DNA of 64,000 bases from Patescibacteria group bacterium UBA4787 (GCA_002402995.1 DHGX01000004.1:246019-310018), one strand, 5' to 3'; positions 47,245 through 57,165 are shown, numbered from the stretch's first letter. Made by a program: numbers and translations. Notes: a model not told the origin generated them from the sequence alone.

Positions 47245-47611
47245 ACCCCGTATATCATCTTCCGGAGCCAAACGCTTTTTAACAACATTTATACTCTTGA
47301 AGTTTTAAGCCAAGGAATCGACATCCTTAGTATTTTTAAATAATGCTTTTGGCGTTTGGCATTTTACTCGACGAAACAACCTTTAAAATAGATAAACTGG
47401 AATAGCGAATGAAATGTGGTGGGAGAAGATAACTCTCTAAAAAATGCGCTGGAAGTTGTATTACGGGGCATAAGAAATTATTTTAACATTTTAGCATTAT
47501 AACATTAAAAAAATTTGCCCGTCCTCGCCTTCCGCCGTCGCCGAATTTTTTACCCCGTAGAGTCGCGGAGCGACTCCTTCGGGGCGTGCCAGTGAAACTG
47601 GCGCGCCGAAA

Positions 47612-49021
47612 TTATTTCTTTTCAACTGACTTTTCTCCCGGTTTAGCTTGTGTGTTTAATAATCTCATTAAATATACTAATCGTAGATTATATAATTCGG
47701 CCGTCTTTTCATTGATTTCAATCCAGTTGTCAAACAAATCACCAATTGGTCTATTATCTTTTTCTGGATTATTTTCAAATTTTTTCGAATAATCAATTCT
47801 AATTTTCAAAGCTGGGTGAGAATCATAAACGTTGTGTGTTTGGCTTCTTGAAAGAATATTGTTTTGGAATTCTTCAATATCTTTTTTTTCTAAACCCTTG
47901 AAAACAATTTCCATGAATTTGGAAAAATTTGAAATTGTTTTTTCTTCTTTCAATAGCTCTGGTACATATTTTGATTGAATTATTTCGCTAAATATCGTAT
48001 CGTTCGTAGCTACCTTCAATAATCCACTTCCGAATGCCTTGCCACCATACATACGCATAGCCGTTATATCGGCCATAACTTCTCTGATTCTTGAGAAACC
48101 ATTTGTTATTTTAAAATAAAGCATTACATATAATAGTAAAAGCCAATAAGCAGGATTCAGGGTCATCATTAATCGAACCCAGCCACCCCTTTCTTTTTCG
48201 TCCTGCGAAGGACCGGGCATAGATCGCAAGGTGCTCGTCAAAGAGTTTCCCATGGAGTACGTATAAGAACTCCACGAAGTATCACGATTACTAAAATGTC
48301 CATATTCATGAGCGAGTATCGCCTTAAATTCATCAACTGTTAAATCGTGCAAAGATGATAGGCCAATTTCTAAAACTCTTTTTCCGCCACCAAAAATCGT
48401 CGAGAATAAATTTCCCTCTAAATAAACACCTACCCCAGGGTCAGGAGTAATAATTATTTTGTTAATCTGCTTTGCTTTAATTTCTGTAGCAATTTCTTTT
48501 GTTAGGTTCCAAAGTTTCTTTTGTTCGTTTTTAACAACCGTGATACCAAGAGTTTTTCGTTTTGGAGGAAAAAACAAATAATAGAAACCTATCAGTATCG
48601 CCATCCCAGTGCCAATTACTACAACTGCTAAACCAACTAAGATAGCAATTGGAATACGCGGCAGGTTAGAAACAAGCCATAAACCGTAGACCGCAAAATC
48701 AATGGCGGCAAAAAGAGCTAATGCTAAAAGGTAAAAAAGAAATGGTAATAAAGTAATAAGCAAAAGGCCAAAAGTTCTAAGCAACCCTTTGTCGTCAAAC
48801 AACTCCTTCTTTTTGCCTTCTAGAAAATTTTGAACAGAATTATTAAATTTTTTGTCTAAAGCGCCACCGACCGCCCTGACAACAAGATAGATAATTAAGG
48901 CAACAACAACATAAAGTAGAAGGTCCTGATAGTTAAAAGATATGGATGTAAAATTAGAAAGTATTAAAAATCCAAATATAACGGTTAGAAATAGTGAGAA
49001 TAATAAAGCGGTTGTTTTCAT
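47612..49021 (-). CDS. M48-family membrane zinc metalloprotease (HtpX/BlaR1-like)
   Basis: 469 aa. Multiple TM helices. HExxH in AILAHEYGHFSNRD, with a downstream E. Confidence 0.6.
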   Translation of the reverse strand: MKTTALLFSLFLTVIFGFLILSNFTSISFNYQDLLLYVVVALIIYLVVRAVGGALDKKFNNSVQNFLEGKKKELFDDKGLLRTFGLLLITLLPFLFYLLALALFAAIDFAVYGLWLVSNLPRIPIAILVGLAVVVIGTGMAILIGFYYLFFPPKRKTLGITVVKNEQKKLWNLTKEIATEIKAKQINKIIITPDPGVGVYLEGNLFSTIFGGGKRVLEIGLSSLHDLTVDEFKAILAHEYGHFSNRDTSWSSYTYSMGNSLTSTLRSMPGPSQDEKERGGWVRLMMTLNPAYWLLLLYVMLYFKITNGFSRIREVMADITAMRMYGGKAFGSGLLKVATNDTIFSEIIQSKYVPELLKEEKTISNFSKFMEIVFKGLEKKDIEEFQNNILSRSQTHNVYDSHPALKIRIDYSKKFENNPEKDNRPIGDLFDNWIEINEKTAELYNLRLVYLMRLLNTQAKPGEKSVEKK

Positions 49022-49123
49022 GGTTTTATTTTATTAACCCCTCAATTGAAACGCCGAGAGCTTTCGCAATTTTTTGAGTGCATCAAGTATTAGATTCTGG
49101 TTTTGCCAGTTTCATTTTAATAC

Positions 49124-49148
49124 TGGTGGGCAGTATAGGAATCGAACC
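49124..49148 (-). other. tRNA 3'-end-like fragment (T-loop, acceptor 3' strand and CCA: GGTTCGATTCCTATACTGCCCACCA) with no intact tRNA body
   Basis: The reverse complement of 49124-49148 is a canonical tRNA 3' terminus. Upstream sequence cannot be folded into D-arm, anticodon-arm or T-stem partners. The fragment is immediately followed by the hairpin repeat at 49147-49192. Confidence 0.45.
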
Positions 49149-49192
49149 CCAGTAGTAGAACCTCGACGAACTCGGTTCACTACGGGGCAGGC
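49147..49192. repeat. Hairpin repeat CCCCAGTAGTAGAAcc...TTCACTACGGGGCAGGC (same family as 17853-17890)
   Basis: ccccagtagtagaacctcgacgaactcggttcactacggggcaggc forms an imperfect inverted repeat. It is followed by a second GC hairpin ggggcagg...cttgcccc at 49184-49218. Confidence 0.5.
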
Positions 49193-49227
49193 TTATAGTC
49201 TCTGCAACTTGCCCCGTTAGATTTAAT

Positions 49228-49299
49228 GCGCGATGCTGGAATCGAACCAGCGACCTTTCCGATGTGAACGGAACGCTCTACCGCTGAGCTAATCGCGCC
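49228..49299 (-). tRNA. tRNA-Val (anticodon CAC)
   Basis: The minus strand reads GCGCGAT-TA-GCTC-AGCGGTA-GAGC-G-TTCCG-TTCACAT-CGGAA-AGGTC-GCTGG-TTCGATT-CCAGC-ATCGCGC-A. All four stems pair perfectly (7/4/5/5 bp), and U33 and A37 are in place. The 3' CCA is not encoded. Confidence 0.75.
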
Positions 49300-49422
49300 C
49301 GCTGAATTTTAACAAAGCGAGCGAAAATGTGATACCCTGCCTAATTTCCCTTTTCGCAGACAGGACAAATTGAACTAATAATATTTATTATTTTTATGGG
49401 TTTCGTCTTATCAAAAAATCTT

Positions 49423-50634
49423 CTATTCTAATTGCCTTAAGGCCAGACCAATGGCTACAGCAAAACGCGGCGCGATTTCTTCAAGCGCCGGCCTGAGTTC
49501 GGCCGGATAAGATATTTTTGCCCATGGATCACCGATCAAAACCTTAACTTTCAAAATATTTGACAAATAATTGTTTAAATTATTAAGATAAGCGCTCCCT
49601 CCGGATAAAACTATTTTTTCAATCAAACGACCTGTTTGATTCTGGTATAAATTTAAAGAATAATTTATTTCATCGATTACGGGCTTAAAGGCCTGTTCAA
49701 TGATGGCGGGCATTTTTGACTCACCGCTTAAACCAATGTCTCTTTTAAATTGTTCTGCGCACCGAAAATCAATTTTTAAAGCATTGGCGATAGCGCGAGT
49801 AAGAGTAAGGCCCCCCACATCAATACTGCGGCTTAAAATTGGCAGACCGTTCTCAATAACAATAATGTCAGTAGTCACGGCGCTTGTATCAATAATTATA
49901 GAGGCTGCTTCGTCTTTACCAACTAAAACGCGACTTAAAGCAAAAGCTTCTGTCTCTAAACTTAATAATTGCAAATCTGCAGCCTTAAAAATATCAACAT
50001 AACGTTGTACTAATTTTTTAGATGCCGCAGTCAATAAAATACGATAAATTTCTTTAGTTGATTTTTTGAAAATTTTATCGTTTTTAGTTCCTTCTGATTT
50101 TTTTTCTTTCGAGGGCAACGCCGAAGCTTTTCCCGCGACAGTCTCGTTAAAAGTCTTGTCTTTGCTTTGCGCATCTTCCGATTTAACTTCTTTTCTGTTT
50201 TCTTTTTCTTCCTCGGAAATATTATTTTTGCTATCAATCTTTTTTCCCATAATCTTCCAGTCCAAAACAACATCCTCAAGGGGTGTTGGTATAAATTTCT
50301 TGGCCTCCCAACGAATCGCTTCGGCCAATTCTTTTTGAGGCATAACAGACAAACTAATAACAGAAGTAAAAACCGAAAAATTAGGCAAAGCCGTGGTCGC
50401 CTTGGAACTAACTGCCCCTGAATTTTTATATATTTTAGTTAAAAGATTGATTGACTCTTGTTTAACCTTTTCCGGATCATTGCGAACGGCGTCATCCATG
50501 AGTCTTTCCGCATAACCATAAGTCAATAAAGTCGGTACGCCATTTTTTTTGGTTAGTTCTACTAATTTTATACTAGTAGTGCCCAAATCGACCCCTAAAT
50601 AGCTAGATTTTTTTCCAAAACCGAGAAAAGACAT
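49423..50634 (-). CDS. pilM: Type IV pilus assembly protein PilM (actin-like ATPase fold) carrying a roughly 60-aa Lys/Glu-rich insertion
   Basis: 403 aa. N-terminal LGVDLGTTSIKLVEL phosphate-1 motif. C-terminal LSGGSA. The central low-complexity segment SKNNISEEEKENRKEVKSEDAQSKDK...KKSEGTKNDK is atypical. Confidence 0.75.
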   Translation of the reverse strand: MSFLGFGKKSSYLGVDLGTTSIKLVELTKKNGVPTLLTYGYAERLMDDAVRNDPEKVKQESINLLTKIYKNSGAVSSKATTALPNFSVFTSVISLSVMPQKELAEAIRWEAKKFIPTPLEDVVLDWKIMGKKIDSKNNISEEEKENRKEVKSEDAQSKDKTFNETVAGKASALPSKEKKSEGTKNDKIFKKSTKEIYRILLTAASKKLVQRYVDIFKAADLQLLSLETEAFALSRVLVGKDEAASIIIDTSAVTTDIIVIENGLPILSRSIDVGGLTLTRAIANALKIDFRCAEQFKRDIGLSGESKMPAIIEQAFKPVIDEINYSLNLYQNQTGRLIEKIVLSGGSAYLNNLNNYLSNILKVKVLIGDPWAKISYPAELRPALEEIAPRFAVAIGLALRQLE

Positions 50635-50675
50635 AAAAAAGGTATTGCTTTTACTTTGATTAATAATATTATTAT

Positions 50676-50720
50676 CAAGCGAGCGAAAAACAAATTTGTT
50701 TGTTCTTCCGAGCGAGCGCA
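50676..50720. repeat. AGCGAGCG direct repeats flanking an AT palindrome, in the pilM-comFC divergent intergenic region
   Basis: caagcgagcgaaaaacaaatttgtttgttcttccgagcgagcgcag. Compare 1388-1438. Confidence 0.45.
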
Positions 50721-50791
50721 GACAACACAGAGTTTAACACCCTCTATTATACAACAATACTTAAGTGATAGCAAACATCAAATTACAATAG

Positions 50792-51544
50792 ATGTGTATA
50801 ATTAAAATGGCTAAAATAACAAACAAAATAAAGATTTTTTTAATAGAATTGCTTTGGCCGATCCATTGTCTGAATTGTGGCCAAGAGGGCTATGTTTTAT
50901 GTTCAAATTGTCAAAAGTATATAAAAAAACGACAACAATTAACTTGCCCGTCTTGCGGCAAACTGTCAATTTATGGAGCTGTTTGCCCGTCTTGTTATAA
51001 CAAAACCAATATCGATGGATTAATATTTTATGCCGACTACCGACAGGTTTTGATTAAAAAGCTTATCGGTCTTTGGAAATATAAATATGTCAAAACCGCA
51101 GGGGAATTGATTATCGACTTATTAACTAAAGATTTAGAATCTTTTGTTGAAGATAATAAATTCTTGCCCTTCGCCGATCAAAAAGAAATTCTAATCATTC
51201 CTGTCCCTATTCACAAGAATAAATATCTAAAACGCGGATTTAATCAATCGGAAATTATTGCCAACGCTGTCGCTAAAAAATTTAATTGGCGTGTGGAAAC
51301 ATCAATCATTGAACGCGTCAAAAATACTAATTCGCAAACCAAGCTCGATAAAGATGGACGGAAACAAAACGTTAAAAATGCCTTTATAGTAAAAGATTTT
51401 TCTGCGCTTAAAAATAAAAATGTCGTCTTGATTGACGATGTATATACAAGCGGATCAACTATCGATGAATTAGCTCGCGCTATAAAAAAATATACTGATG
51501 AGAAAGTTTGGGCTATCGTTTTTGCGAAACAAAATTTTTCTTAA
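50792..51544 (+). CDS. comFC: ComF family protein (ComFC-like phosphoribosyltransferase-domain competence protein)
   Basis: 250 aa. N-terminal double zinc-ribbon (CLNCGQEG...CSNC...CPSCG...CPSC). C-terminal PRTase-type motif VVLIDDVYTSGSTI. A possible start is the ATG at 50807. Confidence 0.75.
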   Translation: MCIIKMAKITNKIKIFLIELLWPIHCLNCGQEGYVLCSNCQKYIKKRQQLTCPSCGKLSIYGAVCPSCYNKTNIDGLIFYADYRQVLIKKLIGLWKYKYVKTAGELIIDLLTKDLESFVEDNKFLPFADQKEILIIPVPIHKNKYLKRGFNQSEIIANAVAKKFNWRVETSIIERVKNTNSQTKLDKDGRKQNVKNAFIVKDFSALKNKNVVLIDDVYTSGSTIDELARAIKKYTDEKVWAIVFAKQNFS

Positions 51545-52337
51545 TTTGCAAAAACAAAAAGATACCAGTACAGAACATTAAAATACAAAGCCATTGGCTC
51601 AAGCGCAAAAATCCGATAACTGGCTGGTAGTCTGTTCTTAAAAATTCGAATAAAAATCTACCCGCAGAATAAAAAATTAAGTAGAAAGATAAAATCGTTC
51701 CTGGCGTAATTTTTTTTATTATATTTAAAAAGATTAATGTCGCTAAAAAAAATACTAAACCATAAATAAATTGATACAAAAAGGTTGGATGAAAATAAGA
51801 ATACGAATAAAAAATATCCGGCCGATTCGATGGATTAATATAAATCCCCCACCATCTATTTGTTGGTGATCCAAAAATTTCTTGATTAAAATAATTTCCC
51901 CAACGGCCGATTGCTTCACCGACTAGAATAGCCAAAACATAGCCATCTAATAAGGTAAGTAAAGAAAAATGTTTTTTGCGCGCAAAAAAAACTATAAAAA
52001 TAGCGCCGGCGATTAATGCTCCAAAAATACTTAAACCGCCGCGCCAAATTAACAGAATTTCCAAGGGATTTCGCCAATAATAAAATAATTCGCAAAGAAC
52101 ATGATATACCCTTGCGCCGACTAATCCCCAGATAGCGCAACCGATAATAATATCTAAAAAATAATCATTATTAATAAATAATTCAACCTTTCTATTATAA
52201 TAACGCCAAGCGAAAATCCCAGCTAAAGCGCCTAGCACGACAAACAAGCCATACCAATAAAAAGAAATCAGCCCCAACTTATAAATTATAGGTTGAGGCT
52301 GATAATAATGAAGAAAATTTAAATTTCCCAAATACAT
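51513..52337 (-). CDS. lgt: Phosphatidylglycerol--prolipoprotein diacylglyceryl transferase
   Basis: 274 aa. Polytopic. Lgt signature GEAIGRWGNYFNQEIFG and conserved Y/H residues. Confidence 0.85.
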   Translation of the reverse strand: MYLGNLNFLHYYQPQPIIYKLGLISFYWYGLFVVLGALAGIFAWRYYNRKVELFINNDYFLDIIIGCAIWGLVGARVYHVLCELFYYWRNPLEILLIWRGGLSIFGALIAGAIFIVFFARKKHFSLLTLLDGYVLAILVGEAIGRWGNYFNQEIFGSPTNRWWGIYINPSNRPDIFYSYSYFHPTFLYQFIYGLVFFLATLIFLNIIKKITPGTILSFYLIFYSAGRFLFEFLRTDYQPVIGFLRLSQWLCILMFCTGIFLFLQIKKNFVSQKR

Positions 52338-52928
52338 CTATTTTGATTTCAAAAGATCATCTATAAGCTGCCTAAATTCTTTCTTCTCTGCTTCCAAGTC
52401 GTTAGTTTGTTCATTGCCTGTGCCAACACGGAAATATTTACAACCAAAGATAAAAGTTGGAATACTGCCATCTGGATTGTATTTAGCATAAACAGCGTTC
52501 TCTTCATCGGGGATCTTGGTTTCTTCTGTGGCAGTTAAAGTATCATCATTAGTGTCCAATTCCCAACTATAAGCAACGATTTTATCTTTATACTCCTTGA
52601 CCACTGCCTCAAAGGCTGGTTTCGCCCATTGGCAATGCGGACACCAACTGGTTGAAAACACTCTGATGATCGGCTTGTTGCCATCTTTGCAAATCGGTAA
52701 ATCAACTTCATAAAAAGTTCCGACCCGCCCCTTGAGTTTTGATTCTATCTCGGAAGTTTTCGGTTGGGCGTTATTCTGCTCTTGAGTCGTCGGCGCGGCG
52801 CTAGTTTTATTAAGTGTTAATTTATCTCCAGACAAAACGATGCAGAGAACAACGACCAATAATATTATGGCCATTAAAGCAATACCGGAAATAAAACCAA
52901 AGATAAAATTCTTTTTATTTTCTCCCAT
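52338..52928 (-). CDS. Membrane-anchored thioredoxin-fold thiol:disulfide oxidoreductase
   Basis: 196 aa. N-terminal TM. WCPHCQ (CxxC) active site in a thioredoxin-like context. Confidence 0.6.
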   Translation of the reverse strand: MGENKKNFIFGFISGIALMAIILLVVVLCIVLSGDKLTLNKTSAAPTTQEQNNAQPKTSEIESKLKGRVGTFYEVDLPICKDGNKPIIRVFSTSWCPHCQWAKPAFEAVVKEYKDKIVAYSWELDTNDDTLTATEETKIPDEENAVYAKYNPDGSIPTFIFGCKYFRVGTGNEQTNDLEAEKKEFRQLIDDLLKSK

Positions 52929-52967
52929 AAATTATATTTTATTTAATTAATCTATTAGTTAATTTAT

Positions 52968-53414
52968 TTAAATAATACCGAGTTCTTTTAAGGCATGATA
53001 AAAAATATTGATGGCGCGCTTGGCTGTTTTGGGATAAAGTTGATAATTTTCATGAGCGATTAGATTTCTAATTTTATGAGCTTCCCAAACATCTGTCAAG
53101 CTAGGATAACGATAACAAGCGGCTTTTAAGCGTTCACCCATCGTTGAACCACCGAAACCCATATTTTTAAAAATCTCGTCTAGTAGGTTATCCGCTTCTA
53201 AAATAGCTAATTTAGACGAAGTATCGTTCCCAAGGGATGATTCTTCAATTGCTTTCCATCTTTTAATAAATACGTCTTTGTCTAATTTTGCTGAGCGCCT
53301 CTGTCTAATTTTATTTTTAATAGATAACCATAATAATAATATTAAAAAAATAACCAGTAACAAGGCGATTAAGCCTATTTTAACGGATGTGGAATTAAGA
53401 TTAATTTCAATCAT
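52968..53414 (-). CDS. Hypothetical N-anchored protein (148 aa)
   Basis: ORF with one N-terminal TM and no recognisable motifs. Its start overlaps the gatA stop by 8 nt. Confidence 0.3.
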   Translation of the reverse strand: MIEINLNSTSVKIGLIALLLVIFLILLLWLSIKNKIRQRRSAKLDKDVFIKRWKAIEESSLGNDTSSKLAILEADNLLDEIFKNMGFGGSTMGERLKAACYRYPSLTDVWEAHKIRNLIAHENYQLYPKTAKRAINIFYHALKELGII

Positions 53415-54837
53415 TGTTTATTTCCTCAACGGCCTTGGCTAGGCTCAAAATTTTATTTTCTTCAAACAAATTCCCAATGATTTGGAAGCCAACCGGCAAA
53501 TTATCGACCTTGCCGCACGGAACAGAAATAGCAGGCAGGCCGGCTAAATTAACCGGCACCGTAAAAATATCGGCCAAATACATTTGTAGGGGGTCGTTGA
53601 TCTTTTCCCCTATTTTAAAGGCGGTGGTCGGTGAAGTTGCCGAGACCAAGCAATCCACTTCCTTAAAAGCTTCTTGGAAATCCTGCTTCAATAAAGATTG
53701 AACTTTTTGCGCCTGGCGATAATAAGCATCATAATAACCAGCCGATAAAATATAAGCGCCCAAGATAATTCTTCTTCTTACTTCGTCGCCAAAACCTCCT
53801 GTCCGATTTTTAAGATAAAGATCCAATAAATTCTCAGCTTTTGGATCGTTATAACCGTAACGGATTCCATCATAACGCGCGAGATTAGCCGACACTTCAG
53901 CCGGCATAATAATATAATAACACGCTAACGCCGCTTTTAAATGAGGAATGCTTATTTCTTTAAATTCGACGCCAAAAGATTCTAAATTTTTTATAGTTTT
54001 CTCGATTTGTTTTTTAACCGATTTTTCTATGCCATCCACAAAACATTCTTTAATTAAACCGACCTTCATCCTTTTAACATCTTTAGGGCTTGGTTTTTTA
54101 AGTTCGGATATTAATTCAAAGCTAGTAGAATCATTTTTGTCTTTGCCTTCAATAGCTTTTAGGAGCAGAGCCGCATCATCTACCGATTTAGTGAAACAAC
54201 CAATTTGATCTAAAGAAGAAGCCATAGCCATTAATCCATAACGCGAAACGCGACCATAGGTCGGCTTCAAGCCAACAATACCGCAGAGGCTGGCCGGCTG
54301 ACGGATCGATCCACCGGTGTCAGAGCCTAATGCCCCTAAACACATATTCGCGCTAACAGCCGCGGCCGATCCCCCGGAAGAACCGCCCGGCACATAATCT
54401 AAATTATGCGGATTACGCGTAGGTCCGAAATAAGACGTTTCCGTTGAACCACCCATAGCAAATTCATCCATATTGGTTTTACCAATAAAAATAGCAGCGG
54501 CATCTTTTAATTTGTTTATTACCGTAGCACTATAAGTAGCTTTATAAGACGAAAGCATTTTGGAACCGGCCGTGCAAAGAATCCCTTCAATTAAAATATT
54601 ATCTTTTATGGCTAAAGGAATTCCTGCCAGAGATTTATTTTGAAAAGACGAAAAATCATTTGCAATATTTTTTGCTTTTTCTTGAGCCTCTTCTTTTAAT
54701 AAAGTAATAAAGGCGTTAATTTTTTTATCTTGACTTTCAATCGCCTTAAAACAATCCCCCGCCAACTCTTCTGCGGAAAATTCTTTCTCTTTTAAGCCCT
54801 TAAGGGCTGCGTTAATTGTTAATTTGTTAAGATTCAT
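53407..54837 (-). CDS. gatA: Glutamyl-tRNA(Gln)/aspartyl-tRNA(Asn) amidotransferase subunit A
   Basis: 476 aa. Amidase signature GGSSGGSAAAVSA, with the catalytic Ser-cisSer-Lys context. Confidence 0.9.
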   Translation of the reverse strand: MNLNKLTINAALKGLKEKEFSAEELAGDCFKAIESQDKKINAFITLLKEEAQEKAKNIANDFSSFQNKSLAGIPLAIKDNILIEGILCTAGSKMLSSYKATYSATVINKLKDAAAIFIGKTNMDEFAMGGSTETSYFGPTRNPHNLDYVPGGSSGGSAAAVSANMCLGALGSDTGGSIRQPASLCGIVGLKPTYGRVSRYGLMAMASSLDQIGCFTKSVDDAALLLKAIEGKDKNDSTSFELISELKKPSPKDVKRMKVGLIKECFVDGIEKSVKKQIEKTIKNLESFGVEFKEISIPHLKAALACYYIIMPAEVSANLARYDGIRYGYNDPKAENLLDLYLKNRTGGFGDEVRRRIILGAYILSAGYYDAYYRQAQKVQSLLKQDFQEAFKEVDCLVSATSPTTAFKIGEKINDPLQMYLADIFTVPVNLAGLPAISVPCGKVDNLPVGFQIIGNLFEENKILSLAKAVEEINND

Positions 54838-55146
54838 TTATTCAAAAATTTTCTTAGTTTTTATAAAGTTATCCTTGGTGGCTCCCGAGGATTCTTTTAG
54901 AATACTTGGGCTGATTATTTCTATTTCGGCCCGTTCAACAGCTCCCCTAATTTCGTCCTCTCTTGATCGATTGATATTGCCAGAACCTGACAATTCTGTT
55001 TTTATCTTACTGGTATCAATTTTTTTTAAGATATCCATATAATCTAAAATCTCCGAAAGTTGTTTCTGATATTTTTCAGTCTCTTCTTCGGTAAGTTCGA
55101 GCCTGGCCAGTTCCGCCAAATGTTTTATTTCTTCTTTAGTAAGCAT
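54838..55146 (-). CDS. gatC: Glu/Asp-tRNA amidotransferase subunit C
   Basis: 102 aa. MLTKEEIKHLAELARLELTEEE... typical of GatC. Immediately upstream of gatA. Confidence 0.8.
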   Translation of the reverse strand: MLTKEEIKHLAELARLELTEEETEKYQKQLSEILDYMDILKKIDTSKIKTELSGSGNINRSREDEIRGAVERAEIEIISPSILKESSGATKDNFIKTKKIFE

Positions 55147-55167
55147 AATATAATATTGAAATAGATT

Positions 55168-57165
55168 TTAAGCCCCTTGGAGCATCTTTAAAAATTCTTC
55201 TTCCTTGATAACCCTGATTCCTAATTTAACGGCTTTTTCGTATTTTGAGCCAGGCTCTTCGCCCACAACAACCAAGTCTGTTTTTGAACTTACTGACTCA
55301 GAAATATCGGCTCCCAAATCTCTTAATTTTTCTTTTACTTCTTCTCGGCCCATACTTTTCAAGGCGCCAGTTAAAACAACATTTTTATTAGCTAATAAAG
55401 ACGATTCTCTGGTGATTCTGGAGCTGACGAGATGCACGCCGGCCTCCAAAAACTTCTTGATTAGGTCTAAATTAGTCGATTGCCGGAACCAATCATATAA
55501 ACTTTGCGCCATTTTCGGTCCAATGTCTTTAGTCTTTAAAAATTCATCCGGAGAGGCGCCTTGAAGCTTCTCTATTTTACCAAAATGATTCGCCAAATCA
55601 ATGGCGGTCTCTTCGCCGATATGGCGAATACCCAGCGCGTAAATAAATTTTGCCAATTCTATTTTTTTGCTTTTTTGGATGGCTTCCACTAAATTAGTAG
55701 CTGATTTTTCTGCAAAACGTTCTATGGGTTCCAGGTCGCCAATTGTTAAATTGAATAAATCAGCGGCATTTTTAATTAAACCCTCGTTAATCAGATGTTC
55801 AACAATTTTGTCGCCCAAACCGTCAATATTAAATCCCTTGCGTGAAACAAAATGGACAATTTCCGCGTGTTGGCGGGCGAAACATTTTTTGTTGCTGCAA
55901 TAATAAGCCACCTCGCCTTCGCGTCTTATAACATGTCCGAAACAAATCGGACACTTGTTCGGCATTTTAAAAATTTTCTCGCGACCAATTCTCAAATTTT
56001 TTAATACTTTAATAATGTCTGGAATAACATCGCCAGCTTTTTGGATAATAACCGTATCGCCGATTCTGACATCCAAGCGCTTCACTTCGTCGGCATTATG
56101 CAAAGTTGCCCGCGAGACGGTTGAACCCATTACTTTTGTCGGTTCCAAAATTGCCACGGGCGTTAAAGCGCCGGTTCTGCCGACTTGGACAATAATATCT
56201 TTGACTACGGTTGTTGCTTGTTCGGCCGGAAATTTATAAGCGCGCATCCAACGTGGAGATTTACCAACCGTACCCAATAATTTTTCAATTTTTATGTCGT
56301 TAATTACCGCCACAATTCCATCATAATCAAAAGGAACCTTCGGGCGACTTCTATACCATTGATTATGAAACTCTTCAACGCCGCTAACTCCTCCCGCATA
56401 CTTCGCGCGGTCGTCGGTTTTAAAGCCCAACGATTTCAAAGTTTGATGAACTTCTTGATGCGTTTTTTGCCCTAAGTCAGTTAAAATTTCAAAAACATAG
56501 CAATCTAACCGCCTTTTAGCGGTAATTTTTTGATCTAATTGCCTGATACTGCCGGCTGTTAAATTACGCGGGTTGGCAAAAATTGGAAAATTATTTTTTT
56601 TCTGCTCGTCGTTAATCTTAATAAAATCTTTTTTGTTAATAAAAATTTCCCCTCGCACGACAACATCTATCGGCTTTTCTAGCCATAGCGGTATTGCTTC
56701 AACGGTCTTTATGTTCTGCGTTACATCTTCGCCTATTTTCCCGTCGCCGCGCGTGGCCGCTGTTTTAAGCGCGCCTTTTTCATAAGTTAAAACTATATCA
56801 ATGCCATCAATTTTTAACTCACAAAAATAATCCAACTTCTTATTTTGAGGCAATAATTTTAAAACATAACTCTCCCATTCTTTGAGTTCATCAAAAGAAA
56901 AAATGTCTTCGATGGAAATAACGGGAAATTGATGGCGAATTTTTTTGAATTCTTTCAACGGTTCTCCGACAACCCTTTGGGTGGGAGAATCAGAAGTAAT
57001 AAATTCTGGAAATTGTTGTTCTAGTTTATATAATTCATGTTTCAAGCTGTCCAAAGCTTCATCGGAAATCAAAGATTTATCCAAAACATGATAAGCATAG
57101 CGATAATGATTTATCGCTTCTCGTAATTTTTTAACTCTTTGCTTGGCTTCTATCTTAGACAACAT
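55168..57165 (-). CDS. ligA: NAD-dependent DNA ligase LigA
   Basis: 665 aa. Adenylation motif around ELKIDG (KxDG). Four-Cys zinc finger (CPICFGHV...C..C). OB, HhH and BRCT regions. Confidence 0.9.
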   Translation of the reverse strand: MLSKIEAKQRVKKLREAINHYRYAYHVLDKSLISDEALDSLKHELYKLEQQFPEFITSDSPTQRVVGEPLKEFKKIRHQFPVISIEDIFSFDELKEWESYVLKLLPQNKKLDYFCELKIDGIDIVLTYEKGALKTAATRGDGKIGEDVTQNIKTVEAIPLWLEKPIDVVVRGEIFINKKDFIKINDEQKKNNFPIFANPRNLTAGSIRQLDQKITAKRRLDCYVFEILTDLGQKTHQEVHQTLKSLGFKTDDRAKYAGGVSGVEEFHNQWYRSRPKVPFDYDGIVAVINDIKIEKLLGTVGKSPRWMRAYKFPAEQATTVVKDIIVQVGRTGALTPVAILEPTKVMGSTVSRATLHNADEVKRLDVRIGDTVIIQKAGDVIPDIIKVLKNLRIGREKIFKMPNKCPICFGHVIRREGEVAYYCSNKKCFARQHAEIVHFVSRKGFNIDGLGDKIVEHLINEGLIKNAADLFNLTIGDLEPIERFAEKSATNLVEAIQKSKKIELAKFIYALGIRHIGEETAIDLANHFGKIEKLQGASPDEFLKTKDIGPKMAQSLYDWFRQSTNLDLIKKFLEAGVHLVSSRITRESSLLANKNVVLTGALKSMGREEVKEKLRDLGADISESVSSKTDLVVVGEEPGSKYEKAVKLGIRVIKEEEFLKMLQGA

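Noticed and set aside
49124-49215. Tried to fold the region on the minus strand as an intact long-arm (type II) tRNA or as a tmRNA 3' domain.
   Set aside because: The T-stem 5' strand (needs ATAGG) and the acceptor 5' strand (needs GGGCAGT) are absent. Upstream sequence forms the hairpin repeat instead. A tmRNA would have to overlap tRNA-Val and pilM.
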